NCBI RefSeq assembly: GCF_004010195.1
Contig: NC_057719.1
Span: 94,074,659-94,138,640, forward strand
From: Chiloscyllium plagiosum
Taxonomy: Eukaryota
DNA length: 63,982 bases
Reading direction: 5' to 3'
The notes below the pieces were generated by a model, which worked only from the letters and a program-made list of their open reading frames with translations, ran no database searches and was not told the DNA's origin. Made by a program: the position numbers and the translations under genes. The first letter of the stretch is position 1, and each line of letters starts with the position of its first letter. Shown one piece after another: positions 1 through 10,879 of the stretch.

Positions 1-770
1 GCACGAAGTATTCAAAAGTGGCCTAATTAATGTCCTGTACAGGCACAACGTGACCTCCTAACTCTTATATTCAATACACTGACCAACAAAGGCAAGTACA
101 CCAAACACCTTCTTCACTAGCCTACATACCTGCGACTCCACTTTCAAAGTAATATGAACCTGCACTCCAAAGTCTTGATGTTTAGCAATACTCCCCACCT
201 ACTTAACATTAAATGCATACGTAAAGCCATAATTTTCCTTTCCAAAATGCAGCATCTCACAATTATCTAAATTAAACCCCACCCACCACTCCTCAGGTCA
301 TTGGCTCATCTGATCAAGATCCTGTTGTAATCCGAAGTAACCTTCTTTTCTGTCCACTGCACCTCCAATTTTGGTGGTTTCTATAAACGTAATAACCACA
401 CCTCCTATGTTCATATCCAAATCATTTATATTAATGATAAATAGCAATGGTTGCAGCAGCGATCTTTGTGGCACGTCACTGGTCACAGGCCTCCAATCTA
501 AAAAAGCATCCCTCCACCACCGCCCTCTGTCTGCTACCTTCGAGCCAGTTCTGTATCCAAATGGCTAGTTCTCCCTGCATTCCATGAGATCTGACCTTGC
601 TAACCAGTCTTCCCTGAGGAAGCTTGTTGAACATCTTCCTGAAGTCTACATAAATCACATCCACTGCACATCCAATCCTGTTCGTTGCTCGTTCAAGCAA
701 AAATAATAAAGTTTGTGAAACATGATTCCCCACGCACAAAGCATGGTCAAAATCCCTAATCAGTCCTTGC
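1..770 (-). mobile_element. CR1-clade LINE, degraded reverse transcriptase fragment
   Basis: Minus-strand frames give AVDVIYVDFRKMFNKLPQGRLVSKVRSHG..WIQNWLEGSRQRAVVEG and SDVPQRSLLQPLLFIININDLD..TKIGG, which are CR1 ORF2 RT motifs; frameshifted. Confidence 0.9.
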
Positions 771-775
771 CGTAC

Positions 776-832
776 TATATATATATATATATATATGCCC
801 ACACATACATATATATAAGTACACACACACAC
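776..832. repeat. (TA)n/(CA)n microsatellite
   Basis: tatatatatatatatatat...acacacacacaca read directly. Confidence 0.9.
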
Positions 833-1329
833 ATTCCCTTATACTGGTCCAATGTGGATAGAAATCCTCACCTTATAGATAATAATCTGATGTATACATC
901 ATTCCCATATGATATCTAAGTTCTACAATACTCCCCATGCTGGGCAGATAGTGCAGTTTACTGAGCAATACAGTAGCATGGCCTCCACAGCTCTCCATGC
1001 TGGGCTGTCATCTTGTCTCAGTTTATGTTGTTTGAAGTGTTCTGTGAAGCAAATTCAGAATATCATGAAACAATGTGTTTCAGCTGATCAGAAAACGTCT
1101 TTATTCAATGTTCTCATCTTTGCAATTTTATTCTCGAAGCGTTCATTCCTCCAATTCGTTCCACTGCCTTGTCTTTTTCTCCATATTTCCACAACATGTT
1201 TGCAGTTGACTAACTGCCTGTTCCTGTCTTTAATGTGAAGCTCTCTGTCCCTCTGTACCTTCCGTGGCCTTGATGTTTGGCTCCATGGAGCATCGAGTGC
1301 TGCATTGTGGAGCTCAGAAACAATGATAT

Positions 1330-1640
1330 GGTGTGTGTCAAGCTATTGTTCACTTCCCGGTGTGTCCCATGTGGTGCTCCATGGACGGCGTGTGTGTGCT
1401 GGGGCTGTTGTTTACCTCCCAGCGTGGCCCATGTGGTGCTCCATGGACGCGGTGTGCGTGCTGGGCTGTTGTTTACCTCCCAGTATGTCCCATGTGGTGC
1501 TCCATGGATAGGGGTGTGTGGGTTATGCTGTTATTCACTTCTCGTTGTGGCCCATGTGGTGCTCCATGGGCAGGAGTGTATGAGTTGGGCTATTGTTCAC
1601 TTCCTGATGTATCCAATGTGGTGCTCCATTGTTGGACAGT
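1330..1640. repeat. Minisatellite, ~62-bp unit x5
   Basis: Anchor gtggtgctcc recurs at 1371, 1433, 1494, 1556 and 1618. Confidence 0.9.
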
Positions 1641-2471
1641 GTGTTTCAGCAGCTTTGACTCACATCTTTGAAACTTGGTCTGTGCCTGACCAATGAACGT
1701 CTGTGTTTGTTCCTCTCAGCTGATGGCATGGTCTTTAAAATGAGGAATCCCCTTGAGTATTATTGTAAAGGACCTGGTATCTACAATCTCTGACAATACT
1801 CTCATTGTAAAGAACGTTATTTTCTCCTTTTCTTTATAGAGAGATCTTAAAGACCGAACTGCCTGCTGACTCATTTAAATAACTGAGGAGGCCTTTAGGG
1901 TTTTTTAAAATATATAAACAGAGGTAACAATGGCCAGCACGCACAGACCAGGATTTCCAGTCTTTAAGAGCTCTGAAATTCACCAGATGCTTGGGGTCAG
2001 AGAAAGTTTGGATGCTTCAGTAAATTTTCCCCAGCTGCTATTCTCTCTGAAATCTGTCTTGATGCTGTTCCCTCCTCGACTGGAGAACTGTATGCAAAAC
2101 TGAATGGCCTTGGATCTGTCTTTTTACCAAGGAATGAGTTTATGGGATATTAGTACATTGGAACTGTTCATTAGTAGAAAGTACTGTATCTATTATGCTG
2201 TTCAATTGCTAGCAGTTAAGTTATTCTAAATTCCTCTTCTTTTTAGTTGGATTTTTATTAGAGTACTTAAATAAATTGTGTTTGACTTAAAGTTGAGTGC
2301 TTTGTCCAGCCACATCACACCTGGAACACCGACCTCATATCTACCTTTACTATAAGACAAGGTTAGCGTCCAATGTACCACCTTAAAATATTTTTCGGCA
2401 GTCTGGTCTGGTCCATAGCATGCTTGGGACTCTTGTCCAGTTCGAAATTCACAATTCCAATTGTTGTTCAG

Positions 2472-2730
2472 GTTTGAATCCCTACAGTGTAGAAACAGGC
2501 CATTTGGCCCAACAAATTCACACCAACCCACCGAAGAATAAACTAGCCAGACACATTCCACTACACTTTACTCCATATTTACACCTGACTAATGCAACTA
2601 ACCTACACATCCCTGAACAGAAAGGCCAATCTAACATGGCCAATTCACCTAACCTGCACATCTTTGGGCTGTGGGAGGAAAATGGAGCACCTGGAGGAAA
2701 TCCACGTAGGAATGGGGAGAATGTGCACAG
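2472..2730 (-). mobile_element. HE1-type SINE, 5'-truncated
   Basis: Reverse complement matches the body and tail of the other copies (acagtgtagaaacaggcc...ctgcacatctttgggctgtgggaggaaa). Confidence 0.85.
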
Positions 2731-4138
2731 GGAGATTGTTGGGCTCAAAGATGGTGTCTGGTAGTTGATAGTATCTTTTATTCCGGGTGTTGAATTCGGT
2801 TGGTTTGAAAAGTGCTTTGTGAAGTAATGGTTCTTTCTGTTTCTAAGAGTTCTCTGGGTGTGGAAGAAGTGAAGTTCGGATTTTACAAAAGGTGAGCAAG
2901 GCAAAGCTGTTAGAATTGGCAGACAAGCTGGAGTTGGGTTTGTGAAAAAGGGGGAAATAATTACAGCAACAGCTTGGCATTTAAATTTTGGTAGAAACAC
3001 CATCGGACTCTTTGGAAATGGCTTGTTCAATTTCAGATGAGACAGCATGAATACAAAAATGAATTAAAACAGTTTGAATTATGATTAAAAGTAGAATTGA
3101 AAGAAAATGAGAGGAAGTAGAAAGACAGAAAAAGAAAGGAGAAAAGCAGAAAGCGAGAGAGTTTCAAATTCAAGCGTTAGCAATTTGAGAGTACAATCGA
3201 CTTAGCAGAGTGGAGTTGAAAGTAGATGTTAGGCCGGATGAGAAGGGTAGTGAGGATGAACAACCCTATGGGCAGCAAGGGCCTAATTTGTATCAGTTTC
3301 AATATATCAAGACATGGTCGACATTTGATGAGAAGAATGTTGAAGCCTTTTTAATTTCATTTCAGAAAGTGGCCACACGAATGCAGGAGCCAGTGACTAT
3401 GTGGAGTTAGTTGATCCAAACAAAGCTGGTAGGTATAAGGAGTGAGGCATTTGCATCCCTATCAGAGGAGGTATCTGGGGAGTATGAGGAGCTGAAGAAA
3501 GCCATCTGAAGTGCATACGAGCTTGTTCCAGAAGCCTACAGACAGAGTTTTAGGTCCCTGGTTAAACGTACATTGAGTTTGAAAGAATCAAATAAGTAAT
3601 TTTGAAAGGTGGATAAGGGTATTAAAAACAACACAAACCTATGGCACTATTAAAGAGATTCTCACTTTACAGAGTTCAAAAATTCACAACCTGCAGTCGT
3701 GAGAACTTTTGTGGAAGAGCAGAGAGTTAAAATGGCAAGATTAGAAGCTGAAATGGTTGATGATGATAAGTTGGTCCATAAATCAAAGTTTGGCTTTTGT
3801 GAGGGATTGAGAAGAATGTGCGAGATCTTCTTAAAACATATACCTGTGAAATTAAGGTTTACTGGCGTAGGCCAGAAGTAGCAGGTAAAGGGTTGCAGCA
3901 TTAAGAGGTACAGAAGCATGTAAATCTTTTAAGTTGAGACATGAGGAGACATGTCATTCAGAAAGACTATGAGAGAGATGCGAAGTGCTCCATGTGTGGT
4001 TGATGAAATATTTCACAATTAGGAAGGAGGCCGTGAGCTTGGTGTTGGCGCTACATTTCAGCAGTTAAATTACCAATAATATGTTTGAGCCAAATCTATA
4101 TATTGATCATAACGTTTATACGTTTTTGGAGAAATTTA

Positions 4139-4422
4139 GGGAGACACAGTGGCTCAGTGGTTAGCACTGCTGCTGCACAGCACCAGGGTCCCGGGTTCAA
4201 TTCCCGACTCAGGCGACTGACTGTGTGGAGTTTGCACATTCTCCCCGTGTCTGCGTGGGTTTCCTCCGGGTGCTCCGGTTTCCTCCCACAATCCAAAGAT
4301 CTGCAGTTTATGTGAATTGACCATGCTAAATTGTCCATAGTGTCAGGGACATGGGTCTGTGTGAGTTATTCGTTGGACGGTTGAAGGGCCTGTTTCCACA
4401 CTGTAGGCAATCTAATCTAATC
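4139..4422 (+). mobile_element. HE1-type tRNA-derived SINE, near full length
   Basis: A box (gtggctcagtggttag), B box (ggttcaattcc), V-SINE-like core (ctccggtttcctcccaca) and (aatct)n tail. Confidence 0.9.
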
Positions 4423-7076
4423 AAATACTTCCAGTCTGTCCAGATAGAAGTTGATATTGTTTGCATTCGATTTGGAAGTTATACAGGTGACAGGACGAGA
4501 AACCGTACGTGCTGCCAAGTTGTCGAGACTTGAATGAAGAAAGACAGAGGTGTTCTGTGGCAGGAGTAAACAGACTGAAATAGAATGGAGTTGTGAATTT
4601 TTGCATGCTTAGTGTCAATGTCATATATAGATATTGTAATCTACTAATATAGGAAGAATAAGGAGCTTAAAATGAAGCTCCCGTTGTATATTGATGGTTC
4701 GTTTCTTTCAAAAGGGGTGGTTTGATGATACTGTCACTTTAAAAACATTATTTTCTCTTGGTATTTTTTGAAGAGAGGAATTAAAGACAGAGATGCAGAA
4801 CTGCCACCTGAAAACGGCTGAAGTAAATAACTGAGAAGACCTTTAGGTTTTATTAATAAGGTGGGAACAATGGAAGGGTAGTGGCCAGCTCTCCCAGGCC
4901 AGGTCTTCTCGTTTTGTTTTTAGCTCCAGCATTCAGAAGCTGCTCGGGGTCCCAGAAAGGTTGAAAGTTTCAATACATGATCCCTAGATGCTATTCTCTC
5001 TGAGATCACTTCTAACATTGTTTCTTTCTGGACTGGAAAACTGCCCGTAAGAATCTGTATTTGAGTTTACCATTGTTACAGGCGGTGTGTACAAAGAAGC
5101 TACGGCATCTATTGTTTGCGTATGTATTCAAACCAATAAGTTATCCCAAATTGTTCTTTTCTTTGATTTTATGTTAACTTAAGCGTTGAATTGATTATAT
5201 TTTGCTTCACACTTAATATCTACTGTCAAATAAGGAAAGGTTGGGGTTGAAGCAACTTTCTTAAAGTATTTTACAGAGATCACATCTGATCTATAGCTCT
5301 CATAGCTTCGGGGTGTATGACTGCATCCTGTTATTGAAAAGTTAGTGGAGGGGCTGGGGGTGGTTTGCTGGAGGTTGTGATGTGAGCTGCCTCAGACATT
5401 CAGGGAGACCTGAGGATTTGGTGAAACAACTCTGGATGGAGTATGGGCAATGTATCTGGGTCTGTAACATGAACAACAAATGGAGGTGAGGCTGCAAAGA
5501 GGGGAAGCTCTGAAACCACGGAGTGAGTGTGTGTGGGGAAAATGATCTGCTGTATCCACCCCGGGTTTTCCAGGATCAGCTTCCTGATTGAACAAGGAGC
5601 TGGTCACAGAGCGGTGTCAACCCCTTCACCTCCTCCTGCAGCTTCACACCAGGGGGAGGACGGTGCTGCCAGTGGCTGTTCGGGTCATTATTTCAGTCAG
5701 CTTCTATGATTTGGAACATTCCAGGCAGGACTGGGTGGCATATCCATCATCTTCCATTACGTTGACATCAATGTCACCATTCAGAGACGGAGGATATATG
5801 TTGTGGATGAGGTGAATACTATGTTTTCTCTCTCATCAGCGAGCTGCGGAATGTATCCTTGTTTTCCCAGGGAAATGGGATTCCCAATGATGTATATGGC
5901 TCTGCGGGTCCCCATGTCATTGAGGAGATGTAGAGGAATTGAAGGACATCTCACTCCATTAACATTGCAGTGTGTCCCTTTACAGGACATCATGTTGGTG
6001 AATTCCCACGATCCGGGCAGCTGCCACATTCTCTTCATTCAGACGCAGTCAGACCATCCCTTCATCATCGGTCTCCATATAGAAAGAAATGCATGTATCT
6101 TAAAGGCCGTCCCCTTGCCACACGCTTCAAAACACTGTCCCCACTGCCAAGCAACAACATCAAAATATCCGATATGTACTGAGAGCAACTGGACCACTGG
6201 GAATTTCACGGAGCAGACCATCAGGGAGATGGAGCAAAACCTCCCATGTCTGAACGGGTCTGAGTGAACTCCCGAACACACACTATTAATAAGCCCGGTA
6301 ATCTCTCTCCATTTCAGTAACATACTCCCTTCCATTCTTCCTGTAAATGAAATGTCAAGTTATATCATGTTATATTCTATCTGCCACTCTTGATAATTTA
6401 ATGTCTTGCTTATCACAGAGTCTTCACCAAACGTATTAACAGTACATCTGTTCCATACCCCTGATCTTTGATATCGATTGCAAATAGTTGAGGACCCAGC
6501 ACTGATCACTATGTGACTCTACTGGTGAAGTTCTGTCAAACTGATTTAGACTGATTGATCAGGAGTGCCTGCTTCTTATTTGATAACAAGATCTCATCCA
6601 TTCCTGGGTAACACATTAAAAGGGCTAAATAAGAATAAGAAACATCCGTCAATAATTTAGCCCTTCCAACCTGCTCCACCATTGAATACAATCATGATTG
6701 ATGTCATCACGGCCTCTGTTCCACTTTCCTGCCGATCTCCATCCTGAAACACTGGTCTCTTGTTGTAGATTGCGGCATATAAAAGAATATCCACTCCACA
6801 TCTACCCTGTCTATGACGTTTAGCATTTTACAGACCTCAACGAGATCTCCTTTCATTATAATCAACTTGAGAGTATTGGCCTGAACTGCTCAATCTCTCT
6901 TCATAAGACAAACCACTCATCTCTGGAATCAATCTACTGAACCTCTTCTGAATTACCTCCAATGCAAATGCATCCTTCCGAAAGTCAAGGCACTGAAACA
7001 GTACTCCAGTTGCAGCCTCGCTAACTTCTTGCGTAGTTACTTCAACACTCCCTACCTTTCTTCTCTATCCTTTTGT

Positions 7077-7253
7077 GGGTGGCACGGTGGCACAGTGGTT
7101 AGCACTGCTGCCTCACAGCGCCTGAGACCCAGGTTCAATAACACTTACCTAGTGTTAGGTAAGGGGTAACTGGGTTGCGCTTCAGCGGGTTGGTGTGGAC
7201 TTGTTGGACCGAAGGGCCTGTTTCCACACTGTAATCTAATCTAATCTAATCTA
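7077..7253 (+). mobile_element. HE1-type SINE, internally deleted
   Basis: Head ggcacggtggcacagtggttagcactgctgcctcacagcg is joined directly to the 3' end with a (ctaat)n tail. Confidence 0.85.
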
Positions 7254-7569
7254 AAAACTGAACCTACGCTTGTCTTTCTCATGACTTGCTGTAGCTGCTT
7301 GCAGGTTTTCTATGAAATTCACGTGAACACATAGACCCCTCTGCTCCTGAGCACTTTGACGTTTCTCTCCATTTAGGTAATAATTTGCCTTTCTATTTCG
7401 CTGGCCAAATTAAATAATCTCTCAGTTATCCACTTTAATCTTCATTGCCAAATGTTAGCCCATTCATCCAACTTATCCATATTCACTTTTAAACTTCTTA
7501 CATCTTCATTCGAAAGTAATTTCCCACCGATGTTAGTATCATATGAAAACAATGGCTATAATATATTCT

Positions 7570-7750
7570 AGAAGAAAGTGAGGACTGCAGATGCTGAGGA
7601 TCAGAGCTTAAAATGGTTTGCTGGAAAAGCGCAGCAGGTCAGGCAGCAGCAAAGGATTCCTGAAGAAGGGCTTATGCCCGAAACGTCGATTATCCTGCTC
7701 CTTTGATGCTGCCTGACCTGCTGAGCTTTTCCAGGAACACATTTTTATAG
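7570..7750. mobile_element. Penelope-like terminal-repeat relic in inverted (palindromic) arrangement
   Basis: ctggaaaagcgcagcaggtcaggcagca...tgctgcctgacctgctgagcttttccag form inverted arms around a hammerhead-like core. Confidence 0.7.
7656..7691 (+). ncRNA. Minimal hammerhead ribozyme-like motif (Penelope-associated)
   Basis: CTGAAGA-a-GGGC-ttat-GCCC-GAAA-C-GTC: CUGANGA core, perfect stem II, GAAA box and GUC triplet. Confidence 0.55.
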
Positions 7751-8249
7751 TATTTTCTATCCTGTCAACCGAGTAATAATATTGATGCAAAATAGTTAAG
7801 GCATGAGAACTGAAATCTGTGGCACCCCACAAGGTACATTTGACAAAAGAAAATGACACCTTGCTGTGTATTATGTTGGTTCACCAATCCACAATCGGAA
7901 CAAATAACTTGCTCATAAACCCATGTTGTCTGATCTTACTGCTTATTCTTTGGAGAAGTGACATATCCAATCTCTTCAGGAAGACCAGATATATTCCATC
8001 TCCAGGATTCCCACTATCCACCTTGTTTGTGACAGCTTTAAATAACTCAAGCAAACAATTCAAACACGATTTAGCCTTCATGAAACCATATTGACTCTGA
8101 CGGGTTGTGGTTTAACAATGCAAAAATCCTGAACAATGGATTCTAACAATTTGCCCTAAATTACTATAGTTTATCGTTACCCTTTACTCCCTAATGTATG
8201 CCATTATTGTAAGTTCTTCCCTTTCGAAAACCTTTACGTTTTCGTTGAA

Positions 8250-9030
8250 TTCCTGTTTAACAGATACAAGGCTTTAAGAGATCTGCTCCAATTGCTGTGA
8301 AAGAGCCATGTGTGGCTGAATGGGCTCATCATTCTTCTGGTGGACAAACTCGATGGGCTGACGTCTTTCTGGTGTTCCCACGTTGCCGTCTCCAAGAATG
8401 CCTTCCTCCTGTTGATGTGTTAGAAGGTTGGGGCATTATAGATTCTTCCTGTTGCTGTGGAACAGCTCGAGGGGCTGATGGGTCTTCTCATTTTTCTCCA
8501 AACAAGGATGGACAATCTGAATGGTATCCTCGTGCATGCCAGAGATGCGACCGAGGGGTTGATTGGTCTTCTCCTGTTCCCTTACAACAGACACCTGTCT
8601 GAATTACATCTTCCTTTCTCATAAAGAAAGTCTCAGATAGATTGTATCCTTATTCAATTCATTTGCAAAATGCTCAGTGGGGCTGAATGAGCTCCACTGG
8701 AATGTTATTCCAGCGTAACAATCGCCAGTCACTGTAAGGTCTCTTTCTGCTCCTGTGCAACAGACTTGATAGGGCTGAATGGATTGATCCTGTTGCTGTG
8801 TAATGGCATACTGGTCCGTCGTGGCCTACTCTGCGTCCAGTGTTATAGGCTCGAGGGGCTGATTGGCTTCCTCCTGTAAATGCATATCAGGGTCGAGGGG
8901 CTGAATAGACTCGTCCTGTTCTGGTGGAACAGGGTTGAATGCCTGAATATCCTTCTGTTGATTTTGTGTAACAGGCTCGAAAATGGCATGAATTTCTCCA
9001 TTATGTGTGTCATTGGCTTCCGTTGCTGGC
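8250..9030 (+). repeat. Degenerate tandem array of a ~43-bp unit (gggctgaatgg..ctcctgttcctgtgtaacaggctcga), LINE 3'-end-like
   Basis: The motif recurs more than 12 times here; further patches at ~29060-29260, 29900-30040, 31005-31105 and 56000-56260. Confidence 0.75.
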
Positions 9031-9837
9031 TTCTTCTGGTCATCTCTGTTGAAATAAGATCATCTTTCCTTCTTGTAAATTCCAATGTGTAATAGATCAA
9101 CCTGTCCATCCTTTCATTATAAACAAACAGCTTCATTACACAAATCAGTTCAGGGAATCATCTCAGAACTGCTTCCAATGTAACAATATCCTTTCTTCAG
9201 TGAGGAGATCAAATCTGTACACACTACTCCAGATGTGGTCTCACTAAGATCCAGTAGAGCAGCAGCAACGCTTTACCAGGCTACTGTAAGTTTCCCACCC
9301 AGGTTAGAGCAGTCTCAGCTTCTGGGGGAATACACAACATTGTTGAAAGATCATTGTCATTCTCTACTCCACCAGAATAACGGGAGATCTGGAGAAAATC
9401 TCACAATAATGCTTGAGAGATGATTTCTACCATTAATCTCCCCAGAGCCAAATTCACTGAGATTTCACTGAATCATAAAAGGTGGAGCTCAGAAACAACA
9501 TTGAGAAGCAAACATTGATGGGAGTTATGTATCAAAGTAAAAGCTGCATTACAAACGTTGGACGTGTTATAAAGCAGGGAATGTGATATACACGTTAGTG
9601 AGTACTGCAGTAATAATGTACTTTTTAAATTATATCTAAGCTGTGTTAACCCAACTGAATGCTAATGCTGGGGGGGAATGATTTCATAAGCATGCGTGAG
9701 GTGGCATATATTAACATTATTTCGAGCACCGAGTTCGAGATCAGGTTATTTCGGAATTGGTGTTGGAAGATCAGAAGAGTTAATTGAAAATTTTGCTGCA
9801 AATTATCTTTTGGAAGCAGTGACCTCAACTTTTTATT

Positions 9838-10100
9838 TGAAATTAGATTCGCTACAGTATGGAAACAGGCCCTTCGGGCCAAACTGTCCACATCAATCCT
9901 TCAAAGAGTAACCCACCCAAACAGTATCCCTCCGATTAATGCATCTACAGCTATGAGCAGTTTAATATGTCCAATTCACCTGACCTGCACATCTTTGGAC
10001 TGTGGGAGGAAACCGGAGCACCCGGAGGAAACCCACGCAGTCACCCAAGGCTGGAATCAAACAGGGGTCCCGGTTGCTGTGAGGCAGCAGTGCTCGACAA
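9838..10100 (-). mobile_element. HE1-type SINE
   Basis: Reverse-complement match to the HE1 core and tail. Confidence 0.85.
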
Positions 10101-10209
10101 TGAACCGTTGTGCTGTCTCTATTGGGTTTCTGATGTTTGAGTACACCATAGGTTTTGTTTAATTTGAAGTAACCGTTATAAATCTGAGTCACGCAAGCCC
10201 TGAAGGTGT

Positions 10210-10870
10210 GAGAAGAAAGTGGAGACTGCAGACGCTGGAGATCAGAGTCGAGGAATGTGGTGCTAGAAAAGCACAGCCGGACAGCAAGCATATTAGTAGC
10301 ACGAGAATCGACGTTTCAGGCGCAAGCCCTTCATCAAGAATGAGGCTTGTGGGCCAAAGGGGCTGAGAGGTAAATGTGAAGGTGGTGTGGCGGGTTGAAA
10401 GTGATAGGTGATGAAGGGAGACAGAACGCCTCATCTACTACATCCATTAAACCCGATATGGTCTTCTCTACAGTGGCAAGACAGGACGTCCAATTGTGGA
10501 TCGTTTCAGAGACCATCTGTGGTACAGCCACATTGGCCAACTTTACCACTTTGTGGCTGAACACTTTAATTCCCCCTCCCATTCTACCAAGTACATGCAG
10601 GCCCTGGGCCTCCTCTATCGCCAAACCCTAACCACCTGAGAAATGGAGGAAGTAAGCCTCATCGTCCGCCATGGGACCCTCCAACCACAGGGGATCAATG
10701 TGGATTTCCCACCAGTTTCCCCATTTCCCTTCTTCCCACCTTATGCCAGTCCAACCTTCCAACTCTGCACCGTCCTCTTGAATGTTCCTATGTGTCCATC
10801 TTCCTTCCCATCTATCCACTCCACCCTCCTCTCCGATATATCACTTTCACACACACCCCTCATCTACCTA
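10210..10870 (+). mobile_element. Penelope-like element relic (GIY-YIG fragment plus inverted terminal repeat)
   Basis: ~10430-10520 translates LIYYIH*TRYGLLYSGKTGRPIVDRFRDHLW. A mutated hammerhead-like motif lies on the minus strand at ~10306-10340. Confidence 0.7.
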
Positions 10871-10879
10871 TTAGATTAA

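Larger units (their letters stand above)
1789..5298 (+). mobile_element. Gypsy (Gmr1-like) LTR retrotransposon, internally deleted. LTRs at ~1789-2420 and ~4721-5298; gag relic at ~2850-3900.
   Basis: Two diverged ~600-bp direct repeats, and a purine tract (aaaaggggtgg) before the second. The gag relic reads FDEKNVEAFLISFQKVA..SEAFASLSEEVSGEYEELKKAI*SAYELVPEAYRQ. The paralogous site at ~54245 is empty. Confidence 0.8.
6380..8200 (-). mobile_element. Old CR1-clade LINE relics with nested SINE and Penelope-like fragments
   Basis: Minus frame KSCLNCLLELFKAVTNKVDSGNPGDGIYLVF (7881-8081) and gtcacatagtgatcagtgctgggtcctcaactattt (decayed [10 protein letters not shown]). Confidence 0.7.

Noticed and set aside
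1277..1696. Three overlapping Cys-rich ORFs that look like keratin-associated or metallothionein proteins
   Set aside because: They are produced by a GT-rich 62-bp tandem repeat that cycles through reading frames.
9235..9423. Plus-strand ORF conserved with 56695-56889
   Set aside because: It has no ATG start, begins within a CR1 relic, and its conservation is explained by the duplication; the splice signals favour the minus strand.
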